DNA of 64,000 nt from Sphaerodactylus townsendi (Eukaryota): NCBI RefSeq assembly GCF_021028975.2, contig NC_059426.1, positions 150,102,001-150,166,000 of the forward strand, given 5' to 3'. Below, in pieces: positions 23,892 to 36,582 of this stretch. Numbering within the stretch: the first letter of the stretch is position 1; the number at the start of each line of letters is the position of its first letter. Position numbers and translations under genes: made by a program. A model generated the notes under the pieces. The model saw only the letters and a list, made by a program, of their open reading frames with translations, made no database searches and was not told the origin of the DNA.

Positions 23892-24320
23892 AGTCCATTC
23901 GGTACAGCACAAATAAGACATCCTGAGGACGCTTAAAAAAAGGGCGTTTTGAGGAGGAACTCCGCACAGCTTTTCCCCCAATATGTCCTCTGGATGCCTT
24001 ATTTCTGTTCAAGGTATCTTTTTGTGAGAACACTTTAAAGTGCACATTTTCCCCCTAAACCACTTGCAAGACATCTCCTGCCTGGATGTGCAGAATGCAG
24101 AGCTCAGGAGGCATCTTAGGTTTCCCACGTGACAATTTTGCTCTGTCAACTTAACCCTGCATTTGGGGTGCAGCTGAAGGGATTCTTCCTGTCTTCATTT
24201 GCTGAAGGTTGCCCTAGGGCATTTGCTCTGCAGGCACCAATCCTGGGCACCTTTTCAGCCCAAAAACTACATTGTTATACTCAGCTGGTCCTGCCAGTTC
24301 TGGTAGTATATAAGTTGGTC
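23892..24320 (+). mobile_element. Single arm of the foldback family seen at 8885-10786
   Basis: Colinear with 8885-9300 (cacaaataagacatcctgaggac ... tttgctgaaggttgccc ... tttgctctgcagg). Confidence 0.8.
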
Positions 24321-24550
24321 CACAAAGCAGGATAGGGGGAAACTAGTTCTATTTCAAGCTGCTTTTAGACTTTTTTGGTCAAAAGTTGTAAATAGATTTT
24401 TTAAAAAGATTATAGATAACTAATGCATACATAGTGCCAAGTGTAAATACTGTTGGCTACTATATGATATCGTACTCAGAGCGAAATTCTAGGAGTCAAG
24501 TTACTGAAGACAATAATACTAGAGTTGGATGTTACTCCAGCAGAGGCTAA

Positions 24551-25010
24551 AGCCCTTTCTGCACATGTGCAGAAACGCACCTCCACCGACATGAAATATG
24601 CCAGTGGAGGCTCAGGGACTGTTCGCACGCTAGTGTGCACGCAGCCCTGACTTCCCCTGCAGCTGGAGAGGTGGCAGCGTGGGCGGGTCTCTGCAGCCCT
24701 CCAGAGGGACGCTGCACAAGAAGGTGAGTGGAGCCGATGGGGAAAGCAGCGGCTTCCCGGCGGTGTGGTTCGTACCGCGCCACGGGAAAGACGCTGTTTA
24801 TCAATAACTGTTTATCCTGCGCTGTGCGGAAGACGCTGTTTATCAATAAACGCATGAACAGTTTTCAGGGGCGGCTTCATGCTGCCTGGGGAAAGCCAGG
24901 ATGGCGCTGCTGCACTACAGCAACACGTCCTATGTGAAAGCTCTCCCAGGGACAGCGTTTTTGCTGTCCGTGGGACACTGTATTTGGTCTGTGCGGAGTG
25001 AAGAGAAGCC
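24551..25010. mobile_element. GC-rich Harbinger-like MITE
   Basis: Starts agccctttctgcaca; related to 54839-55187; contains an internal duplication of aagacgctgtttatcaataa. The right end is degraded. Confidence 0.6.
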
Positions 25011-26292
25011 TTAAATACTTCTGCAAGGAAGTGCCCTGGAAGCCTAACCTTTTCAGGAGTAGCTACTAGTTCATCAAGGTGGTTATGATGGTGAGGCTGA
25101 GATGCTTCTTCATTCTGTAGAGTTCAAAGCATCAGTTGGTGAGATATCTCAGGTGCAGCAGTGGGCTTCAAGGTGGAGGGTTCATGGTCAAAGTCATCAT
25201 TCCCACTCCTAATCTGAAAGTATTCCAGGATGAGAGGGCTAGCTCTGAGGCTTCCACTGTGCATCAAAGAGGGTTCCTGGGGGTATCTGAACTGTACCCT
25301 TCAATGGCGGTGTCAGGTGCTCAGCCTTTTCCTCCTCTCCCTTCAACCTCAGTTCCTGACAAGGAGGATTTCATTCTCTGGTCCATGATACTTGGCCATA
25401 TTTAAATTAAAGAAATATGTTAGTTAATAAAGTGCATGCAACTAGCCAAGTTTGGGCAAACCAGGACCAGGGCAGAATCCTAGACCAAAATAAGGAACAT
25501 TCCACTGACTTTATTCTGATGTCATATTTTGCTGTAAAGAACCATTTAACGACAAGGACAGAACGAGGAGTCAAAGTGAAGCAATAAATTGAACAGAAAC
25601 ATAAATGCAATTTAAACTCCAACATCTTGAGTGACAAATGATTTAGTAAAATTGGTACAGAAATGAAACCTTTCTTCTCTTATGTATACATAAAAGATCT
25701 TTCAAATTGGATGAAGGTATTTTTTTTAATTGTGTCTCCCCCCCCTCTTACTCCACTAAGAATTCTGCGACTGGCAGGGAATACATTATTCTCTTTTGAA
25801 CTCCTTAGATATGTTAATTAATAAAACATCACAAAAATGCTTCTCTTGGGGGTTGCATGTCAGAGTTATTAAGAGCTGGTTAAACAAAAATGTTCATCCT
25901 TCTGTAGTAAATGCATAACTAGACATATATTTTGTATATAATTAGTAAATCAGGCAGCACACTGCATTTCATTTATGCTGAATGGCTCCAATATACTTTA
26001 TTTAAATAGCCATTCAATGCACCAGTTCCATGAGTTGAAAGCCAGTCTGACTGTTTTATAGCAATGAAATGTACAGAGCCCTGTCCAGATTTTTTAAAGG
26101 AAAATTCTATCTCTCTATACATGAAATATGTAAGTACAGAACCACAAACGCGAAAGGGACACAGATTGAGCACACTGGCTCTTTTTCTACGTACGTTGAA
26201 TTACATCCCACACCCACCCACCCACCCATCCACCCATCTGCAAGTATACAGTTTCCTAAGGGTAGCTTTGTTAATCTGTTGTAACAAAATAA

Positions 26293-26378
26293 GACAGAAA
26301 TCAAATGGTGCCTTTAGAACTAACCAAGTTTATTCCAACGTTATCTTTCTTGCATCACAGCTCACTTCAACAGATGAA
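26293..26378 (-). mobile_element. Degenerate Penelope-like element arm
   Basis: ggtgcctttagaactaac..tttattcc..cacagctcacttc..cagatg resembles recalled reptile PLE pseudo-LTR arms. Confidence 0.5.
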
Positions 26379-28494
26379 AATGGTGTGGAGAATCTTCCCA
26401 CATAGATTAAACAAATGATCAAAATCACAGAAGAGAGTAGGAGAAACAGAAGAAGTAGCACAGAGAGACCTGTATATAAATTACTCAGGTGCTGAGTCCA
26501 TGTATAAGGGACTGAAATCGATGCAGTGGAGCAGGAATGGGACCATGTACTTGGTCTTTTCCCCCCCTCTACATATTGCCCTGAGTACACAAATGTTGTG
26601 TGTACAAGGCTAGAGGACTAAAGATGTTACAGATAGTCAGATATGGGACTTCTGAATAGTCGGCTATACTGGCAAATGACCAAATATGTATGAAAGTCCC
26701 CTAATTTCAGTAGTGTCTATCAGGTGGCATGTGATAGCTGCTGTTTAACCTGACACAAACCCAACGTCCCCTTGTGCATGAAAATGATACAAATGCCCTC
26801 ATATAAAAATGCATTCTGTCTTATTCTGTATTGTTCTTTTGCCTGGCAATGGCCTTTCAGGATTTCAGGCAGAAAAAGGTCGTTCCTAGCACCTACAGGA
26901 ATTCTTTAGCCTAAAGATGTCCCTAAATTTCACCTAACATGACATTAGTGGTGAATTGTAAAGTTCCTTTTCACAAACATCACCTGAAGACTTCCTAGGG
27001 AGAAATTCCTCAGGGGAAGTTAAACATTTCAATAAGACTATTGACATTTCTCAGAGGGACAAGGCTAATGTTGCCTTCCCATATAAAATCATTCAGTCAG
27101 ATCCAACCAGTTGAAAACCTGGTGAAGTTAACATATCAGAGGTCAATGTCTAGAACTTTGAAGAATCTTTCATTACAATTCTATAAGCACATCTTAAACT
27201 AGGTGGGTCTACTATTATCATTATTAGGCAATATCATATCTCTCTGTCCACAGAATCCAGAGTTTTCTTGTGTTACTCTGTGTTCGTGAAACCTCTTCTG
27301 GCTATGAAGGTGGGAGGAATGTATTGAGGAAGAGCAAGGGGATGAAATTATTCCTCCTTCCTCTTCTACAAGTGCAGCACCACTAAAGAAAGAGATGGAT
27401 TTCAGTTCCTGATATTTCATCACTCCAACTCACTGACCTGATCAGTTGTTCACCTGCATGTATCCCGTGATGTCAATAATAACCTTTCCAGAGATCAGAA
27501 GGGACTGAAGGAAGGGGAACTGAAAAAGAATGCATGGAATCTTCCATACAGGGAGGGTTCAGTACTGAGGATGACAATACTGATTACAACTATTATACTG
27601 ATTACAACTATTATTTCTATGGTATCGTCATTGACAACTACTATATCCCATCCTTCTTCCAAAGCATTCAGGGGGGTGTAAATGTAGCACTCTTAGTACT
27701 TTTAATCAATGTCAGTTTTGCCAGGGGTGTGGCATTTCCCCTAGTTGCCCCAGTTGCCCCAGCCCCGCAGGTGGCTGTACCGACCCACCTTCCCTGACAT
27801 GGGGGTTGGACTCTCCAGACGATGTTACATTAGCTTGGCCCTGAAGGCCAAGGAACAGTCTTGCCCACAGGGCACCTTGCGTTAGTACATGCCTTGTACC
27901 CTCCTCCCGTACCCTAGCCTGGGGTCCCAGTGCTGTTTGTCAGAGCTACCAGCTTGCCTGACCCCTCTCCCTCTCAATCTCTCTGTTGCCTCACAGAAGA
28001 GAGCCCTCTGATTGTTTCTCCCCTTCTCCGGCTTCCTTGTTATGCTTCCTGTTATGCTTCACGGGGGTGGGGTGGGGTGGGGTGGGTGTGCAGCCGGTGT
28101 GAAGCCCGGGGTTCCCCAGCCCCTTCTAAGCTCCTTGCCTCTCTACCACTCCCTTCCCCTGCCAACGCCCTCCCCAGTCCCTGCTACAGTAGCAGCTCCA
28201 GAGGCCCATTTCCCTTCTCCTTTTATCTTGTTTTCTTCTTGGCCCAGCTGCAGCTCATCACTCTCTCTCACAGCCGGTTCAGCTGTGAGAGGCCCCTCCC
28301 TGCCAACTCTCACTCTGCTGGCTTTTACTCTGTCGGCTGTTATCCTGCTGTCTCTCCCTTTGCCAGCCCCTGCCCTGCCTGCTGTGCTGAGGACATCCTG
28401 TGCTGCGCTGGGGACATGGCTGCGCCCGGACAAGGGGGAATGGAGGGTTTACAATCCTTTGACATCCTACTGATGCTAGTGGAGATTCTGGTCA

Positions 28495-28730
28495 CACATT
28501 CCATTGGGGTTTCAAGGCAAAAAATGTCTGGATATAGTTTGCCATTGCCTGCCTCCATATCACAACCCTGGGATTCCTTGGAGGTCTCTCATCCAAATAC
28601 TAGCCAGGGTCAGGGGTTCAAGTGGGTGTCTGGCCCAAGGTTACCCAGCAAGCTTCCATGGTTCAAGTGGGGATTTAAACTTGCATTTCCCAGGTCCAAG
28701 TCCAACACCTTAACCACTCCACCACACAGG
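28495..28730 (-). mobile_element. 5S-derived SINE fragment followed by a tRNA-SINE head fragment
   Basis: ggtctctcatccaaatactagccaggg is the reverse complement of the 5S box C region; ggtttcaaggcaa...gccattgcc is the RTE-like tail. Confidence 0.6.
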
Positions 28731-29818
28731 CTCTCTTTCCTCTCAACTGTAACTAATTTCTGTTGGAGGAATGGCATGTAAGAAGGAATTTAAAAACCCT
28801 GCTCCAATGCCATGACTCAAATAAAAATGGGTGCACCCAATTGTGGCTTTTTAACATTGAAATAAAATGTCAAGCTATATTATTCCAAAGTTCTCATATA
28901 ACACGCATTTCAGCCTTTATTGATTAGGAAAGCCTTGCACAGTCTCTAATGCTAGAAATTTCTGCTCACATCTTGATGTACCTCTCCAGTCAAGTGTTAT
29001 CAATGGGTTCCTCAATCAGTACACATAGACTTGTGTCAAATTTGTATTGTGTGAACAAGGGTCCTAAAGCTATCAGATCGGTGATATACGTACACCTATT
29101 TCACATCTAAGCATCAGGCTGCACAATAGGAGTACTTTAGATGTGACTTTTGTTTTTATAGCTTTAGAAGAATTGTGCCATTTAGTTTAGCTTTTAATGC
29201 AGCCTTAAATTGCTCTTTTATTACCCTTGTTGACATTCTGGAAGCACAAAATTATCAAATCACATGAGGGGAGGGGAACCTTGTTAAATAATACAAGTCG
29301 AGGCCACAAATGTGAATCATGTTCCTACCTTAAATAACAAAGGACATGTTTATTTAAAATTCTGGATTTTTATCTTTCCCCTATTTAAAAATATGCTGTA
29401 AATAATGGCAACGACTATCATATTGCAAGTAAATTTGCCTGTGACCTTGAACAAAAGATATTTTTATTGTCTCTGCAGAGGGTAGGAGAGTGACTTATAT
29501 ATATATTCAATATATATATTCAATGCATGATTAAGTAAACAGTTCTTGGCTAGGGCAGTATCTTATTTGATCTTCATTCAATTATATTCACAACCCCCCC
29601 CCCCCCAACTACAACCATCTATAAACTATTTTTACTAGCGGGGTTTTTCATTAACTAATTAAGTAACTAAATGAAAGGGGCATTTTCATTATCCTTGTTA
29701 TTCTGCATCCAATTATAAAAGCATACAACAATTTACAATATCTGCAATAGTTCAGAAATACTTGCTGTAATGTTCGGCGTCTGCTCTATCACTTGAAATG
29801 ATAGCCAAGAGAGACTAT

Positions 29819-29940
29819 GGCAGATTTCGCATGAGCCAAAAACAGTGGTGTGAAAATGGTGTAAAAGGGTGTAAAAGGGTTTTTTACACCATTTTCACAC
29901 CGTTTTCACACCACTGTTTTTGGCCCATGCGGAATCCGCC
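29819..29940. mobile_element. Palindromic Harbinger-like MITE with internal ggtgt(g/a)aaa repeats
   Basis: ggcagatttcgcatgagccaaaaacagtggtg / caccactgtttttggcccatgcggaatccgcc; same family as 50382-50519. Confidence 0.85.
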
Positions 29941-30973
29941 AATGACTCAGCAGATAAACTGAGAGGCATGGGCACCTTTCAACCTAAAGAGTTAACAGAT
30001 GGTCCCACCAAAATGGATTGAGAATATAAATGTGTCTGTGGAAAACACCACATCAGCCATTTCTCTCACTGACTTTAGGAGGTGTTTTTGATTCTATATG
30101 AGCTAGCATTGTGGTATCCTTTTTTGCCTGTGCAAATACACTCCGTGTACACTTAGGGGTATTTCTGTCACCTACTTTGCTACAACAATTGCTTACTGTC
30201 CTACTGAAAGATGGTATGAGAGATGGTATGAGTTTCTATTTAGATTAGACATTTTTTCCATTGTACCAGATTTACAATACCATTTTTCATACATTCACTA
30301 GTTACATGCATGTGTTTCTGTGATTATTTCCTTGAGCATAGTGAGCAGCTGGGTTTCCAAGTCCATGCATCGCTGTGCCTGCTCTATCACCCTACCCTTC
30401 ACTTGCCTTTCTTAGCTAACCAAGCACCAACAGGATATTGTATGGGGATATTTTCTTCCATCTGCTTGACAATTGGCAGGAAAAATACCTTGCTGATTTT
30501 CTTCTGAAATTGTTTCTTATGCTCCAGTAACCAACGTAAATTTGCAACATGATCTCTACTGCCTCTTCCTTTCCAGAATCGAGCTTGAAAAATAATCTAC
30601 TTCTGGCTAAATCAAATCATGTTGGTGTACATTCAAAAGAAATGTCACCAAAGAAAAATGGCAAAGGAGATGCTCTGCTGTGTTTTCATAATTTTCAGTT
30701 GGCCCCTACAGGAAATACAGTGCATTCAGCTTGTAAGCCCTGAGAACTGTGCTTATGGTATAGGCCTAATATTGGTCATGACATACCTTCAAAACTTTTT
30801 CCAATATTCTTGTTGTACAATAGTGTGCACTTCATTATTGCCAAGTCAGGTCAAGAAGTTGAGCCAGCTGTTCTTCAGCATAAGTCCAGCAGAACCTATT
30901 TCTATCTTCTAACTTTGCCCAACTCAAAGCTGATTCTAGAGCTGAGAGAGACAGGCAGGTAGATACTTAGAAC

Positions 30974-31110
30974 CAGTGGCGTAGTGCCAAGGGGGCGCGG
31001 AAGTGCACGTGATGCACTGGGAGTGTGCTGGTGCGGGGGCATGGCAGGGGCATTTTGGGGGCATTTCAGGGTGTGGCAGGCAGGCACAGTTTCCCCTAGC
31101 TCCGACTCTG
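30974..31110. mobile_element. Short GC-rich hAT MITE (same family as 5166-5333)
   Basis: cagtggcgtag...ctg; imperfect TSD cttagaac/atcagaac. Confidence 0.65.
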
Positions 31111-31387
31111 ATCAGAACAAAAGGGTTTAGTGCTTACAAATGTTGCAGGAAGAATAAGTTGCTTCCCAAGTGCCTGCCTTTGCATTGCTTGTGTCTCCAA
31201 AATCCAACTTCCTAACTGGTCTGAGCAAGACGAAACAGATTATGACCCAGGCTAGATGCTTCTGGCCTTTCCCACGGGCAGCTTCGTCATCCTGCAACAA
31301 ACTTAAGTCTATTTCCAGCTAATCTTGCCCTGACAAACACAAAACCAGTGAAACTCACGATATCAGTGCTAGGTACAAGTCCAGTAG

Positions 31388-31629
31388 CCAGTGTGGTGCA
31401 GTGGTTAAGAGCGGTGGACTCTAATCTGGTGAACCAGGTTTGATTCCCTGCTTTTACACATGAAGCCTGCTGGGTGACCTTGGGCTAGTCACAGTTCTCT
31501 AAGAACTTGCTCAGCCCCACCTGCCTCACAAGGTGTCTGTTGTGGAGAGGGAAAGGTTTCAGTTTGAAAGCCACTTAGAGGCTCCATATAGTTGAGAAAA
31601 GTGGGGTTTAAATCCAAACTTCTTCTTCT
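31388..31629 (+). mobile_element. Squam3-like SINE inserted in a Penelope-like palindrome
   Basis: Full head to (CTT)n tail; it splits agtccagtagc|accttaaa. Confidence 0.85.
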
Positions 31630-31711
31630 ACCTTAAATACCAACAAGATTTTTTTTTAGGATGAGCTTTTGCGAGACAAAATTATACCTCCAAAATTTTG
31701 TTGGTCTCTAA

Positions 31712-32187
31712 GGCTTTTTCCGCATGGCCATGCTCGGGGGGGGCGTTGGCATATATGATGCTGACGCACCCCCCCAGGACCGTTCACACAAACGGTCCCG
31801 GTAGGGGTGGGGAAGACGGCGCAGCCTGTGCAGAGGCTGCGGCGTTCCCCGAACACCTTACTGTCCCCTCCTGGCTTCTGGCATGTCGCACAAGCCAGGG
31901 GACATGCCCCCCTGCCCTGTGCGACAGCTCTAGAGTTGCAGGGCAGGGGGGGGGGTGTCCCCTGGCCTGTGCAACACATCGGAAGCCAGAAGGGGACAGT
32001 AAGGCATTTGGGAAAGGGGGGGGGTAATGGCACCTTCTAACCACTGCTGTTCGCATGGAAGCAGTTGGAAGCCGCTTCTTTCAAAAAACCTCACTCAGAG
32101 AGCGAGGTTCGAAAGCAGCGCCTTCGTGCTGCTCGGGGGTTGCGAGGCCGGCGCTACTGCAAAGTTTCCGCCCATGCGGAAACAGCC
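31712..32187. mobile_element. PIF/Harbinger-like MITE
   Basis: TIRs ggctttttccgcatgg / ccatgcggaaacagcc; TSD taa (31709-31711, 32188-32190); internal hairpin ~31855-32005. Confidence 0.88.
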
Positions 32188-33338
32188 TAAGATTCTACTG
32201 GATTCAAACAGATATACCAGTTTTGTGAAGATAGTTTCAGAGAATAGCCTTGTGGGTCTGCAGTAAAAGTGTTAGCTCTTTTACTGCAGGCTGGCATGGC
32301 TACCCTCTGAAACTATCTTTACAATACTGGTGTGAGTGTTCTCTATCCTGGAATGGCTTTCATCCATTGAAAAAGAAGTGGGATTGTATTAGCTTCATTA
32401 GAAAAAAAAATGAGATAGCATCCTGTCCAGTCATTGATGACTTAACCCACCTATTTTGTTCGTTATTCTTCTGCATCAAGTCTGAATGAAACACAACATT
32501 CAGTCCTTTTCATCTGTGTTTATGCACTGCTCTGAAGTTACAGTTTGCTCTTGAAGGCACTTTCCATTTGTCTCAGGTTTCCACAACATCCTTGGGTTAA
32601 TCAATAGAAACGACCAGTTTCCTAATAAAACTGCAGCTACAATATAATGAATTTTGAATGAGGAATGATTTCTTTAAGTGTTGCTGAGGGTTACACATTT
32701 ACACTGTGCTGAGGGAGTATGTGGGAAACTTTCAGATGAAAGTTTTAGGCCTTGACTTTGATGTATTAGATATGGTCTCAAGTCTCCCTTAGTGAGCATG
32801 GATTCTTGGCAACATCCAGCATGAGAGGCAGGATAGAAAACAGCCTGAAGGATGTAAGGAAACTAAAGGGCATGTTTTGGAGGACAGCATAACCCTACTG
32901 GCTCAGAGTCAGACTATCCATATCTAGATTCTTTTTCTCATATAATGCAATTAAATAAACTTCCCATTTTTATCCTTGTGGGACAGTCTATTTCTGGCCC
33001 CCCCAAAGGCTAACTCTTATCAAATGACTGAGGCATGTGTCTTCTTAACACAGCTTGAGGAAAAGCTTTTGAATGTATATCTATCAGCATAAATGTAAAC
33101 CATTTGCTTTTGGTGTTCAGAAACATCTATGAATCATTGGATCCATTTAATTACCTTATTTGTTTAGTCCATTTTTATTCTGCCTTTCTTCCAAGAATCT
33201 CAGAGCAGAATACATCAGTCTCCTTTCTTCCATGTTACCTTCACAACAACCTTATGAGCTAACTTATATTGAGAGAGAAAGAGAGAGTGGCTAGTTAAAG
33301 GTCACCTGCTAAGGTTCAGCCAGAATTGGAATCTGGGG

Positions 33339-33479
33339 NNNNNNNNNNNNNNNNNNNNNNNNNNNNNNNNNNNNNNNNNNNNNNNNNNNNNNNNNNNNNN
33401 NNNNNNNNNNNNNNNNNNNNNNNNNNNNNNNNNNNNNNNNNNNNNNNNNNNNNNNNNNNNNNNNNNNNNNNNNNNNNNN
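33339..33479. other. Assembly gap (141 N)
   Basis: Run of n, flanked by SINE sequence on both sides. Confidence 1.
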
Positions 33480-33745
33480 CCTTTCTCTCCTATAGGAGAC
33501 TCAAAGGGGCTTACAAATTCCTTACCCTTCCCCCCTCACAACAAACACCCTGTGAGGTAAGTGGGACTGAGAGAGCTCAGAAGAACTGTGACTAGCCCAA
33601 GGTCACCCAGCTGGCATGTGTTGGAATGTACAGGCTAATCTGAATTCCCCAGATCAGCCTCCACAGCTCAGGCAGCAGAGCGGGGAATCAAACCCGGTTT
33701 CTCCAAATTAGAGTGCACATGCTCTTAACCACTATGCCACTGCTG
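33480..33745 (-). mobile_element. Young Squam3-like SINE
   Basis: High similarity to 33985-34283 and 44866-45157. Confidence 0.88.
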
Positions 33746-33884
33746 TTCCTAACCACTGTTTTTTGGAGCAGAAAGTTGCAGCACATACATATCAATAAGC
33801 AACCACTCCATTGGGAACTCTGTAATTGTGTGGAAAGTAGGATTGCCAACATTTAGTTGGAGGCCAGATACCTCCTGCTGATAC

Positions 33885-34490
33885 AGTGTGGTGAAATGGT
33901 TAACAGCAGGTGGATTCTAATCTGGAGAACCAAGTTTGATTCCCCACTCCTCCACCTGAGTGGTGGAGGCTTATCTGGTGGTGGTGGAGGAGGAGGAGGA
34001 GTTTGGATTTATATCCCCCCTTTCTCTCCTGCAGGAGACTCAAAGGGGCTTACAATCTCCTTGCCCTTCCCCCCTCACAACAAACACCCTGTGAGGTGGG
34101 TGGGGCTGAGAGAGCTCCGAGAAGCTGTGACTAGCCCAAGGTCACCCAGCTGGCGTGTGTGGGAGTGTACAGGCTAATCTGAATTCCCCAGATAAGCCTC
34201 CACAGCTCAGGTGGCAGAGCTGGGAATCAAACCCGGTTCCTCCAGATTAGATACATGAGCTCTTAACCTCCTACGCCACTGCTGGCGTGAACCAGATGTT
34301 TTTTCACACCCCTGCATTCTTGCTTGGTGACCTTGTGCTAGTCACAGTTCTTCGGAACTCTCTCATCTCCACCTACATCACAAGGTATCTGTTGTGGGGA
34401 GAAGGGAAAGGAGGTTGTAAGCCACCTTGAGTCTCTTTACATGAGAGAAAGGTGGGGTATAAATTCAAACTATTCTTCTATTTTTCTTCT
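33885..34490 (+). mobile_element. Squam3-like SINE (+) containing a younger antisense SINE (33985-34283)
   Basis: The plus-strand head (33885-33980) resumes at ~34288 (tgaaccag...gaccttgtgctagtcacag) after a complete minus-strand copy. Confidence 0.85.
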
Positions 34491-34679
34491 ACAATTGATC
34501 TCCAGGTGACAGAGATCAGTTCACTTGGAGAAATCCAGGATGTCCTGGTATTCCTAAATGTGGCCCTGGCAACCCCAGTGGAAAGGCATGCTTTAAATAA
34601 AATAATTGTCTAAATAAAATAAAATATCCCAAAAATGATGTTTAATTGGTTTGTAATTGCTGTTTTTGAGCCATCAAGT

Positions 34680-35427
34680 CACAGCGGGCCTTCCTTTGTG
34701 GCTAATCCAGAGGTTGAAGTCAGTCCAGCATGCAGCGGCGCAGCTTCTCACAGGTAGCTCTACATGGTACCATATCTCTCCTGTGCAGTGCTGGCTGCAC
34801 TGGCTCCAATGGAGTACCGGATCACCTTCAAGGTGTTGGTGTTAACCTTTAAGGCAGTCTGTGGCCTGGATCCCTCATACCTTAGGGATCGTCTTTTTCC
34901 CTATGTCCCCACACAGCCTCTACATTTTGCGGAGGCCAATCTACTCGTGGTCCCTGACCCCTCTATGATGTGGCGGGCTAGCCTCCACCAGGGCCAGAGC
35001 CTTTAGTGCTTTGGCCCCTGCCCAATGGAACTCTCTAGCAACATCCATTAGGGCCCTGCAGAATCTTGAGCAGTTCGGCAGGGCCTGCAAAATGGAATTA
35101 TTCTTCCAGGCTTTTGGGGAGGGGTAGCTGCTGAAGTGAATGCCATTTCCTGCACTTCAATCTGTATTTTAATATGTAATTTAATCGACATTCTAGTCTA
35201 GATTGACAGTAACATCTTGACCACCCTTGCGATATGATATGGAATGTCACCTCGCCATCTGATATCTTTGTCATAATTTTGTACGATTTAATGTTATTAT
35301 TTATGGTCTTGCGTTACTTGTTATTGATTTTATTCTTCAAGTTTTAACATGTTTTAACATTTAACGTGTACACTGCCTAGAGCCCTTCAGGGGTGGGTGG
35401 TATATTAAATGTAATAAATAAATAAAT
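34680..35427 (+). mobile_element. L2 LINE 3' end (ORF2 C-terminus, 3' UTR, (TAAA)n tail)
   Basis: GLPLWLIQRLKSVQHAAAQLLTG..HISP..LHWL/EYRITFKVLVLTFKA..PSYLRDRL is the typical L2 C-terminal signature. Confidence 0.88.
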
Positions 35428-36392
35428 ATGCCAACCCCACAGGGTTTTTCATAAGATTTAGGTATATAATTGTATAGAGAAGAGAAACTGCAGCAGAATA
35501 TGTCCGGCCAATTCAAGGATTGTTTAATAAGGATTGGTAGGAAGTGGAAAAACCAATGAGAAAAAGCAAAACCATGTAGAGGTTCCTTCCAGATGAATCA
35601 TGACTGGCAACATCTGTGTGCCCCTGGTGAACTGTAAAGAAACATGGGAAGGCACTCTACTACCAGTCTTTTAAAAATGAGCTAAACAGAGAATTTGAAG
35701 TGTGACGAATACCTCTTGCAACTCCAATTGAGGAATGATATTCGAAACCTTGCCTATAATTTTATAAATTTGTATACTCCATTCCCAGAGGGGCAGCACC
35801 TACTTGGTTATTTTTTTTCTGTTACATGAGAAGACCTGCTGATCTGTTCAAAAGGCACTTAAATGTACAGCTAACGTCTCCATTGTTTAGAGGGGGGAAA
35901 ATAAGTTTGCTGTTGGTTCCAAAAGAAATGGCAGTGCCTCTTGGCCTTGATCGCATGCTGGAATGGGAGGTGGTTGATTTATCTCCCCTCCTTTCCACTT
36001 TATTGAATCGTTTCTAAAGTATAATCAGCACGAGTTAAGTGGGAACCTGTAGTGACTGACCTCTTTATTACCCGATTCATCATACTGCAGATACTTCCAG
36101 AATGAAGAGAACTCCATCAGTCAAATTATAATGTTGACTGGTTCCTTAGTTGGTGACAAAGTGGTAAGGGCTTTCACTTTTTTAAAAAAGGAAACAAGAT
36201 AATATCATGATTATTGCTGAGATGTAGGCCCATGAAAGAAATTGCTATTATTGTGAATCAGCTTATTTTATTGAGTGAGTTTTCTTTCTACAGACCTTAG
36301 TTTAGTAGTCATTTCTATTACCAAAGGAAATGTTCTGAGCTCAATAAGCAAATTATATCATAGTGAGAGTTAATGGGTTGGAGCTGTCAGGA

Positions 36393-36582
36393 GGGGCTGC
36401 AACTCAGAGATCAGAATCTGCTGGGCATGCAGGAGATCTCAAGTTCAATATCTGGTTGCCTCAGTTAAAAGGATCCGATAGCAGGGGATGCAAAACACGT
36501 GCTGAGACCCTGAAAATCCACTGCCAGTCAGAGGTAGACCAGTGGTCTGATACAGTATTGAGCAGATTCCTGTATTCATGTG
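36393..36582 (+). mobile_element. tRNA-derived SINE (Squam2-like)
   Basis: Head ggggctgcaactcag, B-box-like agttcaat, body gagaccctgaaaatccactgccagtcagag. Confidence 0.65.

Noticed and set aside
27677-28453. Possible solo LTR (tgtaaa...tttaca)
   Set aside because: No TSD and ambiguous boundaries; probably a repeat, but it cannot be classified.
27930-28781. Longest ORF (283 aa)
   Set aside because: Low-complexity Ser/Pro/Leu translation of a GC-rich repeat that runs into two antisense SINE fragments; no protein motif.
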